A stretch of DNA of 64,000 nucleotides. It comes from Octopus vulgaris. Lineage: Eukaryota. Where the stretch lies: assembly GCA_951406725.2 (NCBI GenBank), contig OX597842.1:25606001-25670000 (forward strand), in the 5' to 3' direction. Below the pieces are notes generated by a model. That model searched no databases, was not told where the DNA came from, and was given only the letters and a program-made list of their open reading frames with translations. Of the stretch, positions 11,571 to 24,280 are shown piece after piece (the first letter of the stretch is position 1; each line of letters starts with the position of its first letter). Both the position numbers and the translations under genes were made by a program.

Positions 11571-11819
11571 GCTTGTGTCTTGGGGATTACAGTGCCTTTG
11601 GGTCCTATATATGCAGGTTATGCACATTTGTGAACTGATAGCACATGCCTGAAATTTCCTGCATTAAACTGCATGTTTAATGCATTAATCCTTCCACAAG
11701 CTTGCAACATTGCCAGTGTTCTTTATTGCTTGTAGTAATTTTCTGCATTCAGGTCCTGCTGTAAGCTTCTGTTGCCATCCAGATTTTTATTGTCTGTGAT
11801 AATTTTGTATCATTGCATA

Positions 11820-11988
11820 GGCGCCATAGTGGCTGTGTGGTAAATAGTTTGCTAACCAACCACATGGTTCCGGGTTCAGTCCTACTGCGTGGCATCTTGG
11901 GCAAGTGTCTTCTGCTATAGCCCTGGGCCGACCAAAGCCTTGTGAGTGGATTTGGTAGACGGAAACTGGAAGAAGCCCGTCGTATATA
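11820..11988 (+). mobile_element. CORE-type SINE 5' half
   Basis: Homologous to 5673-5840 (A and B boxes, CTTGGGCAAGTGTCTTCT). Confidence 0.8.
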
Positions 11989-12190
11989 TTTATCAGTTTC
12001 TTTCTTATTCCATGATTTTGCTGATGTTAAGTTGAAGAAATAATCCTGTAGATTTTAGCATCTTCTTTACTCCCACCTTAATGGACAGGACATGTAATGC
12101 CATCTTGTATCTGTTTAGGAAGTTTATCACTTGCAAGGGAACTCTGGAAAATATCTGAAGTGTTTTCACTAAAACCTTATTACATGTTAT

Positions 12191-12590
12191 GGAGATGCAC
12201 TTGCATAGCAAGTGACCTGATCTGAGATCGGGTGCTGGAATGAAAACAATTGCATTGTGGAAGGTGTTTATAAGCCATTTAAGAAACACACAAAAGCCGT
12301 TAGATTCACTTCAACATTTAAATTTAATTTCTCAAAATATTTTTGTCGCTTTGAGACCACGACCTGTTCAGGCAAAATTCCGTGCTATATATTAGAGATG
12401 TACTTGCATAGCAAGTGACCTGATCGGAGATCGTGTGCTGGAACGAAAACAATTGAAGCGTGGAAGGTGTTTATAAACCATTTAAGAAACGCACAAAAAC
12501 CGTTAGATTTATTTCAACATTTAAATTTAATTTCTCAAAATATTTTCATCGCTTTGAGAGCACGACCTGTTCAGGCAAAATTCTGTGCTG
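12191..12590. repeat. Tandem dimer of an about 203-bp unit
   Basis: GAGATG(C/T)ACTTGCATAGCAAGTGACCTGATC...CAGGCAAAATTC(C/T)GTGCT at 12192 and 12395. Confidence 0.85.
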
Positions 12591-12686
12591 CATCTCTTAC
12601 ATAATATCAGGAGAATAGCTGGGAGGCCAATGGGAGCAGTTGCTGAATTTAAAATTATTTCATCTATCGACTGGCCTCCCTGCTGA

Positions 12687-13052
12687 GGGCACGTAACAAA
12701 CACCATCCGAGCGTGGCTGTTCGCCAGCCTCGTCTGGCACCTGTGTCGGTGGCACATAAGAAAACACCATCCGAGCGTGGCCGTCTGCCAGCCTCGTCTG
12801 GCACCTGTGTCGGTGGCACATAAAAACACCATCCGAGCATGGCCGTCTGCCAGCCTCGTCTGGCACCTGTGTCGGTGGCTCATAAAATCACCCACTACAC
12901 TCTCGGAGTGGTTGGCGTTACGAATGGCATCCAGCTGTAGAAACACTGCCAGATCTGACTGGCCTGGTGCAGCCTTCGAGCTTGCCAGACCTCAGTTGAA
13001 CAGTCCAACCCATGCTAGCATGGAAAGCGGACGTTAAACGATGATGATGATG
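12687..13052 (+). mobile_element. SINE (Meta-domain-like) with 3 internal repeats of about 60 bp
   Basis: Same body and (GAT)n tail as 3096-3645, with variant repeat CACCATCCGAGCGTGGCCGTCTGCCAGCCTCGTCTGGCACCTGTGTCGG. Confidence 0.75.
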
Positions 13053-13359
13053 GCTGCTGTTACATCTCCCTCTGTTAATGAAATAGATACCTGTTGTTGT
13101 CATCTGCAGAGTTGTAATGTCAAAAAATTTCACTAGATTTCTTAACTGTCTCAGGGATCAGACTAAAAGACTTCTAAATTGTTCACTGAGCATTTCACTT
13201 TGCCTTTCGAAGTCTATGGTCAGTGAACCGTTACCTTGGAAGACTAATATATTTTCTACTACTCTGTACCTGTTTCCTTTGCAGTTTGAAATTCTGTTCT
13301 GGTTTCTGGAGCATCTGATTCCACTATAGCAAAACAGTTTTTACCATTTCGTTGATATG

Positions 13360-14170
13360 CCTCTTTTGGATTTTGGAGAATGCATGGATTGTCCATTGAT
13401 CAATTTGTTGTCCCTTTGTTTCATAGGGCCATGTTTATACATATATAGAAAGGAAATTTGGACCTAGAAATCAACTTTTCTGCTTCTGTTTTCCTTCATT
13501 ATATGAGAATGTGCTACCCATCATAACTGTGATCAGATAATGTGGGCCTTTCCGCTAACTTTGCCATTGTCGTGTTGTTTGAACTTCTTGTAGTCGTCTC
13601 TGAAACGTCGGTTTCCCCTATTGGAAAACAATTTTTAGCATTTGCTTCCTTGATGGAAAGAGTGCTGCTGCATCTTTTGGATTTGGGAGGATGCATGGAT
13701 ATTCCATTGATCAATTTGTTGTCCCTTTGTTTCATCGGGCCATGTTTATATATTAAAAAGGAAATTTGGACCTAGAAATCAACTTTTCTGCTTCTGTTTT
13801 CCTTCTTTTTATGAGAATGTGCTACCCATCATAACTATGATCAGATAATGTGGGCCTTTGTGCTAACTTTGCCATTGTGGTGTTGTTTGAACTTCTTGTA
13901 GTCGTCTCTGAAACGTCAGTTTCCCCAATTGGAAAACAATTTTTAGCATTTGCTTCCGTGATGGAACCAGTCCTGCTGCCTATTTTGGATTTTGGAGAAT
14001 GCATGGATATTCCATTGATCAATTTGTTGTCCCTTTGTTTCATAGGGCCATGCTTATATATATAGAAAGGAAATTTGGACCTAGAAATCAACTTTTCTGC
14101 TACTGTTTTCCTTCTTTATATGAGAATGTGCTACCCATCATAACTGTGATCAGATAATGTGGGCCTTTGT
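13360..14170. repeat. 309-bp satellite (left flank of the 139-bp array)
   Basis: GAGAATGTGCTACCCATCATAACTGTGATCAGATAATGTGGGCC recurs with 308-309 bp spacing. Confidence 0.9.
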
Positions 14171-17100
14171 GCTAACTTTGCCATTGTGGTGTTGTTTGAA
14201 CTTCTTGTAGTCGTCTCTGAAATGTCAGTTTCCCTATTGGAAAACAATTTTTAGCATTTGCTTCCTTGATGGAACCAGTCCTGCTGCCTCCTTTGTAAAA
14301 CATTTTGTGTCAACTTTGCCATTGTGGTGTTGTTTGAACTTCTTGTAGTCGTCTCTGAAACGTCAGTTTCCCCTATTGGAAAACAATTTTTAGCTTTTGC
14401 TTCCTTGATGGAACCAGTCCTGCTGCCTCCTTTGGAAAACATTTTGTGATAACTTTGCCATTGTGGTGTTGTTTGAACTTCTTGTAGTCGTCTCTGAAAC
14501 GTCAGTTTCCCCTATTGGAAAACAACTTTTAGCATTTGCTTCCTCAATGGAACCAGTCCTGCTGCCTCCTTTGGAAAACATTTTGTGTTAACTTTGCCAT
14601 TGTGGTGTTGTTTAAACTTCTTGTAGTCGTCTCTGAAACGTCAGTTTCCCCAATTGGAAAACAATTTTTAGCATTTGCTTCCTTGATGGAACCAGTCCTG
14701 CTGCCTCCTTTTGAAAACATTTTGTGTTAACTTTGCCAACGTGGTGTTGTTTGAACTTCTTGTAGTCGTCTCTGAAACGTCAGTTTCCCCCTATTGGAAA
14801 ACGATTTTTAGCATTTGCTTCCTTGATGGAACCAGTCCTTCTGCCTCCTTTGGAAAACATTTTGTGTTAACTTTGCCATTGTGGTGTTGTTTGAACTTCT
14901 TGTAGTCGTCTCTGAAACGTCAGTTTCCCCTATTGGAAAACAACTTTTAGCATTTGCTTCCTCAATGGAACCAGTCCTGCTGCCTCCTTTGGAAAACATT
15001 TTGTGTTAACTTTGCCATTGTGGTGTTGTTTGAACTTCTTGTAGTCGTCTCTGAAACGTCAGTTTCCCCTATTGGAAAACAATTTTTAGCATTTGCTTCC
15101 TCAATGGAACCAGTCCTGCTGCCTCCTTTGGATAACATTTTGTGCTAACTTTGCCATTGTGGTGTTGTTTGAAGTTCTTGTAGTCGTCTCTGAAACGTCA
15201 GTTTCCCCAATTGGAAAACAATTTTTAGCATTTGCTTCCTTGATGGAACCAGTCCTGCTGCCTCCTTTGGAAAACATTTTGTGTTAACTTTGCCATTGTG
15301 GTGTTGTTTGAACTTCTTGTAGTCGTCTCTGAAACGTCAGTTTCCCCTATTGGAAAACAATTTTTAGCATTTGCTTCCTCAATGGAACTAGTCCTGCTGC
15401 CTCCTTTGGAAAACATTTTGTGTTAACTTTGCAATTGTGGTGTTGTTTGAACTTCTTGTAGTCGTCTCTGAAACGTCAGTTTCCCCTATTGGAAAGCAAT
15501 TTTTAGCATTTGCTTCCTCAATGGAACCAGTCCTGCTGCCTCCTTTGGAAAACATTTTGTGCAAACTTTGCCATTGTGGTGTTGTTTGAACTTCTTGTAG
15601 TCGTCTCTGAAACGTCAGTTTCCCCTATTGGAAAACAATTTTTAGCATTTGCTTCCTTGATGGAACCAGTCCTGCTTCCTCCTTTGGAAAACATTTTGTG
15701 TTAACTTTGCCATTGTGGTGTTGTTTGAACTTCTTGTAGTCGTCTCTGAAACGTCACTTTCCCCTATTGGAAAATAATTTTTAGCATTTGCTTCTTCAAT
15801 GGAACCAGTCTTGCTGCCTCCTTTGGAAAACATTTTGTGTTAACTTTGCAATTGTGGTGTTGTTTGAACTTCTTGTAGTCGTCTCTGAAACGTCAGTTTC
15901 CCCTATTGGAAAGTAATATTTAGCATTTGCTTCCTCAATGGAACCAGTCCTGCTGCCTCCTTTGGAAAACATTTTGTGCAAACTTTGCCATTGCGGTGTT
16001 GATTGAACTTCTTGTAGTCGTCTCTTAAACGTCAGTTTCCCCAATTGGAAAACAATTTTTAGCATTTGCTTCCTTGATGGAACCAGTCCTGCTGCCTCCT
16101 TTGGAAAACATTTTGTGTTAACTTTGCCATTGTGGTGTTGTTTGAACTTCTTGTAGTCGTCTCTGAAATGTCAGTTTCCCCTATTGGAAAACAATTTTTA
16201 GCATTTGCTTCCTCAATGGAACCAGTCCTGCTGCCTCCTTTGGAAAACATTTTGTGTTAACTTTGCCATTGTGGTGTTGTTTGAACTTCTTGTAGTCGTC
16301 TCTGAAACGTCAGTTTCCCCTATTGGAAAACAATTTTCAGCATGTGCTTCCTCAATGGAAACAGTCCTGCTGCCTCCTTTGGAAAACATTTTGTGTTAAC
16401 TTTGCAATTGTGGTGTTGTTTGAACTTCTTGTAGTCGTCTCTGAAACGTCAGTTTCCCCTAGTGGAAAACAATTTTTAGCATTTGCTTCCTTGATGGAAC
16501 CAGTCCTGCTGCCTCCTTTGGAAAACATTTCGTGTTAACTTTGCCATTGTGGTGTTGTTTGAACTTCTTGTAGTCGTCTCTGAAACGTCAGTTTCCCTTA
16601 TTGGAAAACAATTTTTATCATTTGCTTCCTCGATGGAACCAGTCCTGCTGCCTCCTTTGGAAAACATTTTGTGTTAACTTTGCCATTGTGGTGTCGTTTG
16701 AACTTCTTGTAGTCGTCTCTGAAACGTCAGTTTCCCCTATTGGAAAACAATTTTTAGCATTTGTATCCTTGATGGAACCAGTCCTGCTGCCTCCTTTGCA
16801 AAACATTTTGTGTTAACTTTGCCATTGTGGTGTTGTTTGAACTTCTTGTAGTTGTCTCTGAAACGTCAGTTTCCCCTATTGGAAAACAATTTTTAGCATT
16901 TGCTTCCTCAATGGAACCAGTCCTGCTGCCTCCTTTGGAAAACATTTTGTGTTAACTTTGCCATTGTGGTGTTGTTTGAACTTCTTGTAGTCGTCTCTGA
17001 AAAGTCAGTTTCCCCTATTGGAAAACAATTTTTAGCATTTGCTTCCTCAATGGAACCAGTCCTGCTGCCTCCTTTGGAAAACATTTTGTGTTAACTTTGC

Positions 17101-20100
17101 CATTGTGGTGTTGTTTGAACTTCTTGTAGTCGTCTCTGAAACGTCAGTTTCCCCTATTGGAAAACAATTTTTAGCATTTGCTTCCTCAATGGAACCAGTC
17201 CTGCTGCCTCCTTTGGAAAACATTTTGTGTTAACTTTGCCATCGTGGTGTTGTTTGAACTTCTTGTAGTCGTCTCTGAAACGTCAGTTTCCCTTATTGGA
17301 AAACGATTTTTAGCATTTGCTTCCTTGATGGAACCAGTCCTTCTGCCTCCTTTGGAAAACATTTTGTGTCAACTTTGCCATTGTGATGTTGTTTGAACTT
17401 CTTGTAGTCGTTTCTGAAACGTCAGGTTCCCCTATTGGAAAACAATTTTTAGCATTTGCTTCCTTGATGGAACCAGTCCTGCTGCCTCCTTTGGATAACA
17501 TTTTGTGTTAACTTTGCCATTGTGGTGTTGTTTGAACTTCTTGTAGTCGTCTCTGAAACGTCAGTTTCCCCTATTGGAAAACAATTTTTAGCATTTGCTT
17601 CCTTGATGGAGCAAGTCCTGCTGCCTCCTTTGGATAACATTTTGTGCTAACTTTGCCATTGTGGTGTTGTTTGAACTTCTTGTAGTCGTCTCTGAAACGT
17701 CAGTTTCCCCTATTGGAAAACAATTTTTAGCATTTGCTTCCTTGATGGAACCAGTCCTGCTGCCTCCTTTGGATAACATTTTATGCTAACTTTGCCATTG
17801 TGGTGTTGTTTGAACTTCTTGTAGTCGTCTCTGAAACGTCAGTTTCCCCTATTGGAAAGCAATTTTTAGCATTTGCTTCCTCAATGGGACCAGTCCTGCT
17901 GCCCCATTTGGAAAACATTTTGTGCAAACTTTGCCATTGTGGTGTTGTTTGAACTTCTTGTAGTCGTCTCTGAAACGTCAGTTTCCCCTATTGGAAAACA
18001 ATTTTTAGCATTTGCTTCCTTGATGGAACCAGTCCTGCTGCCTCCTTTGGAAAACATTTTGTGTTAACTTTGCCATTGTGGTGTTGTTTGAACTTCTTGT
18101 AGTCGTCTCTGAAACGTCAGTTTCCCCTATTGGAAAACAATTTTTAGCATTTGCTTCCTCAATGGAACCAGTCCTGCTGCCTCCTTTGGAAAACATTTTG
18201 TGCAAACTTTGCCATTGTGGTGTTGTTTGAAAATCTTGTAGTCGTCTCTGAAACGTCAGTTTCCCCTATTGGAAAACAATTTTTAGCATTTGGTTCCTTG
18301 ATGGAACCAGTCCTGCTGCCTCCTTTGGAAAACATTTTGTGTTAACTTTGCCATTGTGGTGTTGTTTGAACTTCTTGTAGTCGTCTCTGAAACGTCAGTT
18401 TCCCCTATTGGAAAACAATTTTAGCATTTGCTTCCTCAATGGAACCAGTCCTGCTGCCTCCTTTGGAAAACATTTTGTGTTAACTTTGCCATTGTGGTGT
18501 TGTTTGAACTTCTTGTAGTCGTCTCTGAAACGTCAGTTTCCCCTATTGGAAAACAATTTTTAGCATTTGCTTCCTCAATGGATCCAGTCCTGCTGCCTCC
18601 TTTGGAAAACATTTTGTGTTAACTTTGCCATCGTGGTGTTGTTTGAACTTCTTGTAGTCGTCTCTGAAACGTCAGTTTCCCCTATTGGAAAACGATTTTT
18701 AGCATTTGTTTCCTTGATGGAACCAGTCCTTCTGCCTCCTTTGGAAAACATTTTGTGTCAACTTTGCCATTGTGGTGTTGTTTGAACTTCTTGTAGTCGT
18801 CTCTGAAACGTCAGTTTCCTCTATTGGAAAACAATTTTTAGCATTTGCTTCCTCAATGGAACCAGTCCTGCTGCCTCTTTTGGAAAACATTTTGTGTTAA
18901 CTTTGCCATTGTGGTGTTGTTTGAACTTCTTGTAGTCGTCTCTGAAACGTCAGTTTCCCCTATTGGAAAACGATTTTTAGCATTTGCTTCCTTGATGGAA
19001 CCAGTCCTTCTGCCTCCTTCGGAAAACATTTTGTGTCAACTTTGCCATTGTGGTGTTGTTTGAACTTCTTGTAGTCGTCTCTGAAACGTCAGTTTCCTCT
19101 ATTGGAAAACAATTTTTAGCATTTGCTTCCTTGATGGAACCAGTCCTGCTGCCTCCTTTGGAAAACATTTTGTGTTAACCTTGCCATTGTGGTGTTGTTT
19201 GAACTTCTTGTAGTCGTCTCTGAAACGCCAGTTTCCCCTATTGGAAAACAATTTTTAGCATTTGCTTCCTTGATGGAACCAGTCCTGCTGCCTCCTTTGG
19301 AAAACATTTTGTGTTAACTTTGCCATTGTGGTGTTGTTTGAACTTCTTGTAGTCGTCTCTGAAACGTCAGTTTCCCCTATTGGAAAACAATTTTTAGCAT
19401 TTGCTTCCTCAATGGAACCAGTCCTGCTGCCACCTTTGGAAAACATTTTGTGTTAACTTTGCCATTGTGGTGTTGTTTGAACTTCTTGTAGTCGTCTCTG
19501 AAACGTCAGTTTCCCCTATTGGAAAACAATTTTTAGCATTTGCTTCCTCAATGGAACCAGTCCTGCTGCCTCCTTTGGAAAACATTTTGTGTTAACTTTG
19601 CCATTGTGGTGTTGTTTGAACTTCTTGTAGTCGTCTCTGAAACGTCAGTTTCCTCTATTGGAAAACAATTTTTAGCATTTGCTTCCTTGATGGAACCAGT
19701 CCTGCTGCCTCCTTTGGAAAACATTTTGTCTTAACTTTGCCATTGTGGTGTTGTTTGAACTTCTTGTAGTCGTCTCTGAAACGTCAGTTTCCCCTATTGG
19801 AAAACAATTTTTAGCATTTGCTTCCTCAATGGAACCAGTCCTGCTGCCTCCTTTGGAAAACATTTTGTGTTAACTTTGCCATTGTGGTGTTGTTTGAACT
19901 TCTTGTAGTCGTCTCTGAAACGTCAGTTTCCCCTATTGGAAAACAATTTTTAGCATTTGCTTCCTCAATGGAACCAGTCCTGCTGCCTCCTTTGGAAAAC
20001 ATTTTGTGTTAACTTTGACATCGTGGTGTTGTTTGAACTTCTTGTAGTCGTCTCTGAAACGTCAGTTTCCCCTATTGGAAAACGATTTTTAGCATTTGCT

Positions 20101-23100
20101 TCCTTGATGGAACCAGTCCTTCTGCCTCCTTTGGAAAACATTTTGTGTCAACTTTGCCATTGTGGTGTTCTTTGAACTTCTTGTAGTCGTCTCTGAAACG
20201 TCAGTTTCCTCTATTGGAAAACAATTTTTAGCATTTGCTTCCTCAATGGAACCAGTCCTGCTGCCTCCTTTGGAAAACATTTTGTGTTAACTTTGCAATT
20301 GTGGTGTTGTTTGAACTTCTTGTAGTCGTCTCTGAAACGTCAGTTTCCCTATTGGAAAACAATTTTTAGCATTTGCTTCCTTGATGGAACCAGTCCTGCT
20401 GCCTCCTTTGGAAAACATTTTGTGTTAACCTTGCCATTGTGGTGCTGTTTGAACTTCTTGTAGTCGTCTCTGAAACGTCAGATTCCCCTATTGGAAAGCA
20501 ATTTTTAGCATTTGCTTCCTCAATGGAACCAGTCCTGCTGCCTCCTTTGGAAAACATTTTGTGCAAACTTTGCCATTGTGGTGTTGTTTGAACTTCTTGT
20601 AGTCGTCTCTGAAACGTCAGTTTACCCTATCGGAAAACAATTTTTAGCATTTGCTTCCTTGATGGAACCAGTCCTGCTGCCTCCTTTGGAAAACATTTTG
20701 TGTTAACCTTGCCATTGTGGTGTTGTTTGAACTTCTTGTAGTCGTCTCTGAAACGTCAGTTTCCCCTATTGGAAAACAATTTTTAGCATTTGCTTCCTCA
20801 ATGGAACCAGTCCAGCTGCCTCCTTTGGAAAACATTTTGTGCAAACTTTGCCATTGTGGTGTTTTTTAAACTTCTTGTAGTCGTCTCTGAAACGTCAGTT
20901 TCCCCTATTGGAAAACAATTTTTAGCATTTGCTTCCTTGATGGAACCAGTCCTGCTGCCTCCTTTGGAAAACATTTTGTGTTAGCTTTGCCATTGTGGTG
21001 TTGTTTGAACTTCTTGTAGTCGTCTCTGAAACGTCAGTTTCCCATATTGGAAAACAATTTTTAGCATTTGCTTCCTCAATGGAACCAGTCCTGCTGCCTC
21101 TTTTGGAAAACATTTTGTGTTAACTTTGCCATTGTGGTGTTGTTTGAACTTCTTGTAGTCGTCTCTGAAACGTCAGTTTCCCTATTGGAAAACAATTTTT
21201 AGCATTTGCTTCCTTGATGGAACCAGTCCTGCTGCCTCCTTTGGAAAACATTTTGTGTTAACTTTGCCATTGTGGTGTTGTTTGAACTTCTTGTAGTCGT
21301 CTCTGAAACGTCAGTTTCCCCTATTGGAAAACAATTTTTAGCATTTGCTTCCTCAATGGAACCAGTCCTGCTGCCTCCTTTGGAAAACATTTTGTGTTAA
21401 CTTTGCCATTGTGGTGTTGTTTGAACTTCTTGTAGTCGTCTCTGAAACGTCAGTTTCCCCTATTGGAAAACAATTTTTAGCATTTGCTTCCTTGATGGAA
21501 CCAGTCCTGCTGCCTCCTTTGGAAAACATTTTGTGTTAACTTTGCCATTGTGGTGTTGTTTGAACTTCTTGTAGTCGTCTCTGAAACGTCAGTTTCCCCT
21601 ATTGGAAAACAATTTTTAGCATTTGCTTCCTCAATGGAACCAGTCCTGCTGCCTCCTTTGGAAAACATTTTGTGCTAACCTTGCCATTGTGGTGTTGTTT
21701 AAACTTCTTGTAGTCGTCTCTGAAACGTCAGTTTCCCCTATTGGAAAACAATTTTTAGCATTTGCTTCCTTGATGGAACCAGTCCTGCTGCCTCCTTTGG
21801 AAAACATTTTGTGTTAACTTTGCCATTGTGGTGTTGTTTGAACTTCTTGTAGTCGTCTCTGAAACGTCAGTTTCCCCTATTGGAAAACAATTTTTAGCAT
21901 TTGCTTCCTCAATGGAACCAGTCCTGCTGCCTCCTTTGGAAAACATTTTGTGTTAACTTTGCCATTGTGGTGTTGTTTGAACTTCTTGTAGTCGTCTCTG
22001 AAACGTCAGTTTCCCCTATTGGAAAACAATTTTTTAGCATTTGCTTCCTTGATGGAACCAGTCCTGCTGCCTCCTTTGGAAAACATTTTGTGTTAACTTT
22101 GCCATTGTGGTGTTGTTTGAACTTCTTGTAGTCGTCTCTGAAACGTCAGTTTCCCCTATTGGAAAACAATTTTTAGCATTTGCTTCCTCAATGGAACCAG
22201 TCCTGCTGCCTCCTTTGGAAAACATTTTGTGTTAACTTTGCCATTGTGGTGTTGTTTGAACTTCTTGTAGTCGTCTCTGAAACGTCAGTTTCCCCTATTG
22301 GAAAACAATTTTTAGCATTTGCTTCCTTGATGGAACCAGTCCTGCTGCCTCCTTTGGAAAACATTTTGTGCTAACTTTGCCATTGTGGTGTTGTTTGAAC
22401 TTCTTGTAGTCGTCTCTGAAACGTCAGTTTCCCCTATTGGAAAACAATTTTTAGCATTTGCTTCCTCAATGGAACCAGTCCTGCTGCCTCCTTTGGATAA
22501 CATTTTGTGCTAACTTTGCCATTGTGGTGTTGTTTGAACTTCTTGTAGTCGTCTCTGAAACGTCAGTTTACCCTATTGGAAAACAATTTTTAGCATTTGC
22601 TTCCTTGATGGAACCAGTCCTGCTGCCTCCTTTGGAAAACATTTTGTGTTAACCTTGCCATTGTGGTGTTGTTTGAACTTCTTGTAGTCGTCTCTGAAAC
22701 GTCAGTTTCCCCTATTGGAAAACAATTTTTAGCATTTGCTTCCTCAATGGAACCAGTCCTGCTGCCTCCTTTGGAAAACATTTTGTGCTAACTTTGCCAT
22801 TGTGGTGTTGTTTGAACTTCTTGTAGTCGTCTCTGAAACGTCAGTTTCCCCTATTGGAAAACAATTTTTAGCATTTGCTTCCTTGATGGAACCAGTCCTG
22901 CTGCCTCCTTTGGAAAACATTTTGTGTTAACTTTGCCATTGTGGTGTTGTTTGAACTTCTTGTAGTCGTCTCTGAAACGTCAGTTTCCCCTATTGGAAAA
23001 CAATTTTTAGCATTTGCTTCCTCAATGGAACCAGTCCTGCTGCCTCCTTTGGAAAACATTTTGTGTTAACTTTGCCATTGTGGTGTTGTTTGAACTTCTT

Positions 23101-24280
23101 GTAGTCGTCTCTGAAACGTCAGTTTCCTCTATTGGAAAACAATTTTTAGCATTTGCTTCCTTGATGGAACCAGTCCTGCTGCCTCCTTTGGAAAACATTT
23201 TGTGTTAACTTTGCCATTGTGGTGTTGTTTGAACTTCTTGTAGTCGTCTCTGAAACGTCAGTTTCCCCTATTGGAAAACAATTTTAGCATTTGCTTCCTC
23301 AATGGAACCAGTCCTGCTGCCTCCTTTGGAAAACATTTTGTGTTAACTTTGCCATTGTGGTGTTGTTTGAACTTCTTGTAGTCGTCTCTGAAACGTCAGT
23401 TTCCCCTATTGGAAAACAATTTTTAGCATTTGCTTCCTCAATGGAACCAGTCCTGCTGCCTCCTTTGGAAAACATTTTGTGTTAACTTTGCCATTGTGGT
23501 GTTGTTTGAACTTCTTGTAGTCGTCTCTGAAACGTCAGTTTCCCCTATTGGAAAACAATTTTTAGCATTTGCTTCCTATGGAACCAGTCCTGCTGCCTCC
23601 TTTGGAAAACATTTTGTGTAACTTTGCCATTGTGGTGTTGTTTGAACTTCTTGTAGTCGTCTCTGAAAAGTTTCCCCTAAAAACATTTTTAGCATTTGCT
23701 TCCAGCATTTGCTTCGTCTCTCAATGGAAAACAATTTTTAGCATTTGCTTCCTATGGAACCAGTCCTGCTGCCTCCTTTGGAAAACATTTTGTGTTAACT
23801 TTGCCATTGTGGTGTTGTTTGAACTTCTTGTAGTCGTCTCTGAAACGTCAGTTTCCCCTATTGGAAAACAATTTTTAGCATTTGCTTCCTTGATGGAACC
23901 AGTCCTGCTGCCTCCTTTGGAATACATTTTGTGCTAACTTTGCCATTGTGGTGTTGTTTGAACTTCTTGTAGTCGTCTCTGAAACGTCAGTTTCCCCTAT
24001 TGGAAAACAATTTTTAGCATTTGCTTCCTCAATGGAACCAGTCCTGCTGCCTCCTTTGGAAAACATTTTGTGTTAACTTTGCCATTGTGGTGTTGTTTGA
24101 ACTTCTTGTAGTCGTCTCTGAAACGTCAGTTTCCCCTACTGGAAAACAATTTTTAGCATTTGCTTCCTTGATGGAACCAGTACTGCTGCCTCCTTTGGAA
24201 AACATTTTGTGCTAACTTTGCCATTGTGGTGTTGTTTGAACTTCTTGTAGTCGTCTCTGAAACGTCAGTTTCCCCTATTG
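14170..24280. repeat. 139-bp satellite array, about 73 monomers
   Basis: Unit AACTTTGCCATTGTGGTGTTGTTTGAACTTCTTGTAGTCGTCTCTGAAACGTCAGTTTCCCCTATTGGAAAACAATTTTTAGCATTTGCTTCC(TTG/TCA)ATGGAACCAGTCCTGCTGCCTCCTTTGGAAAACATTTTGTGTT. The ORF track repeats every 139 bp. Confidence 0.97.

Noticed and set aside
23575-23760. Scrambled monomers (also about 7920-8050, 26040-26200 and 29030-29080)
   Set aside because: Patchy indel pattern typical of consensus errors in repeats; not interpretable without reads.
14170-24280. CRISPR-like array or tandem small-protein genes (63-64 aa ORFs)
   Set aside because: No unique spacers, no cas genes and a eukaryotic context. The 139-bp period shifts frame each unit, so the ORFs are artefacts.
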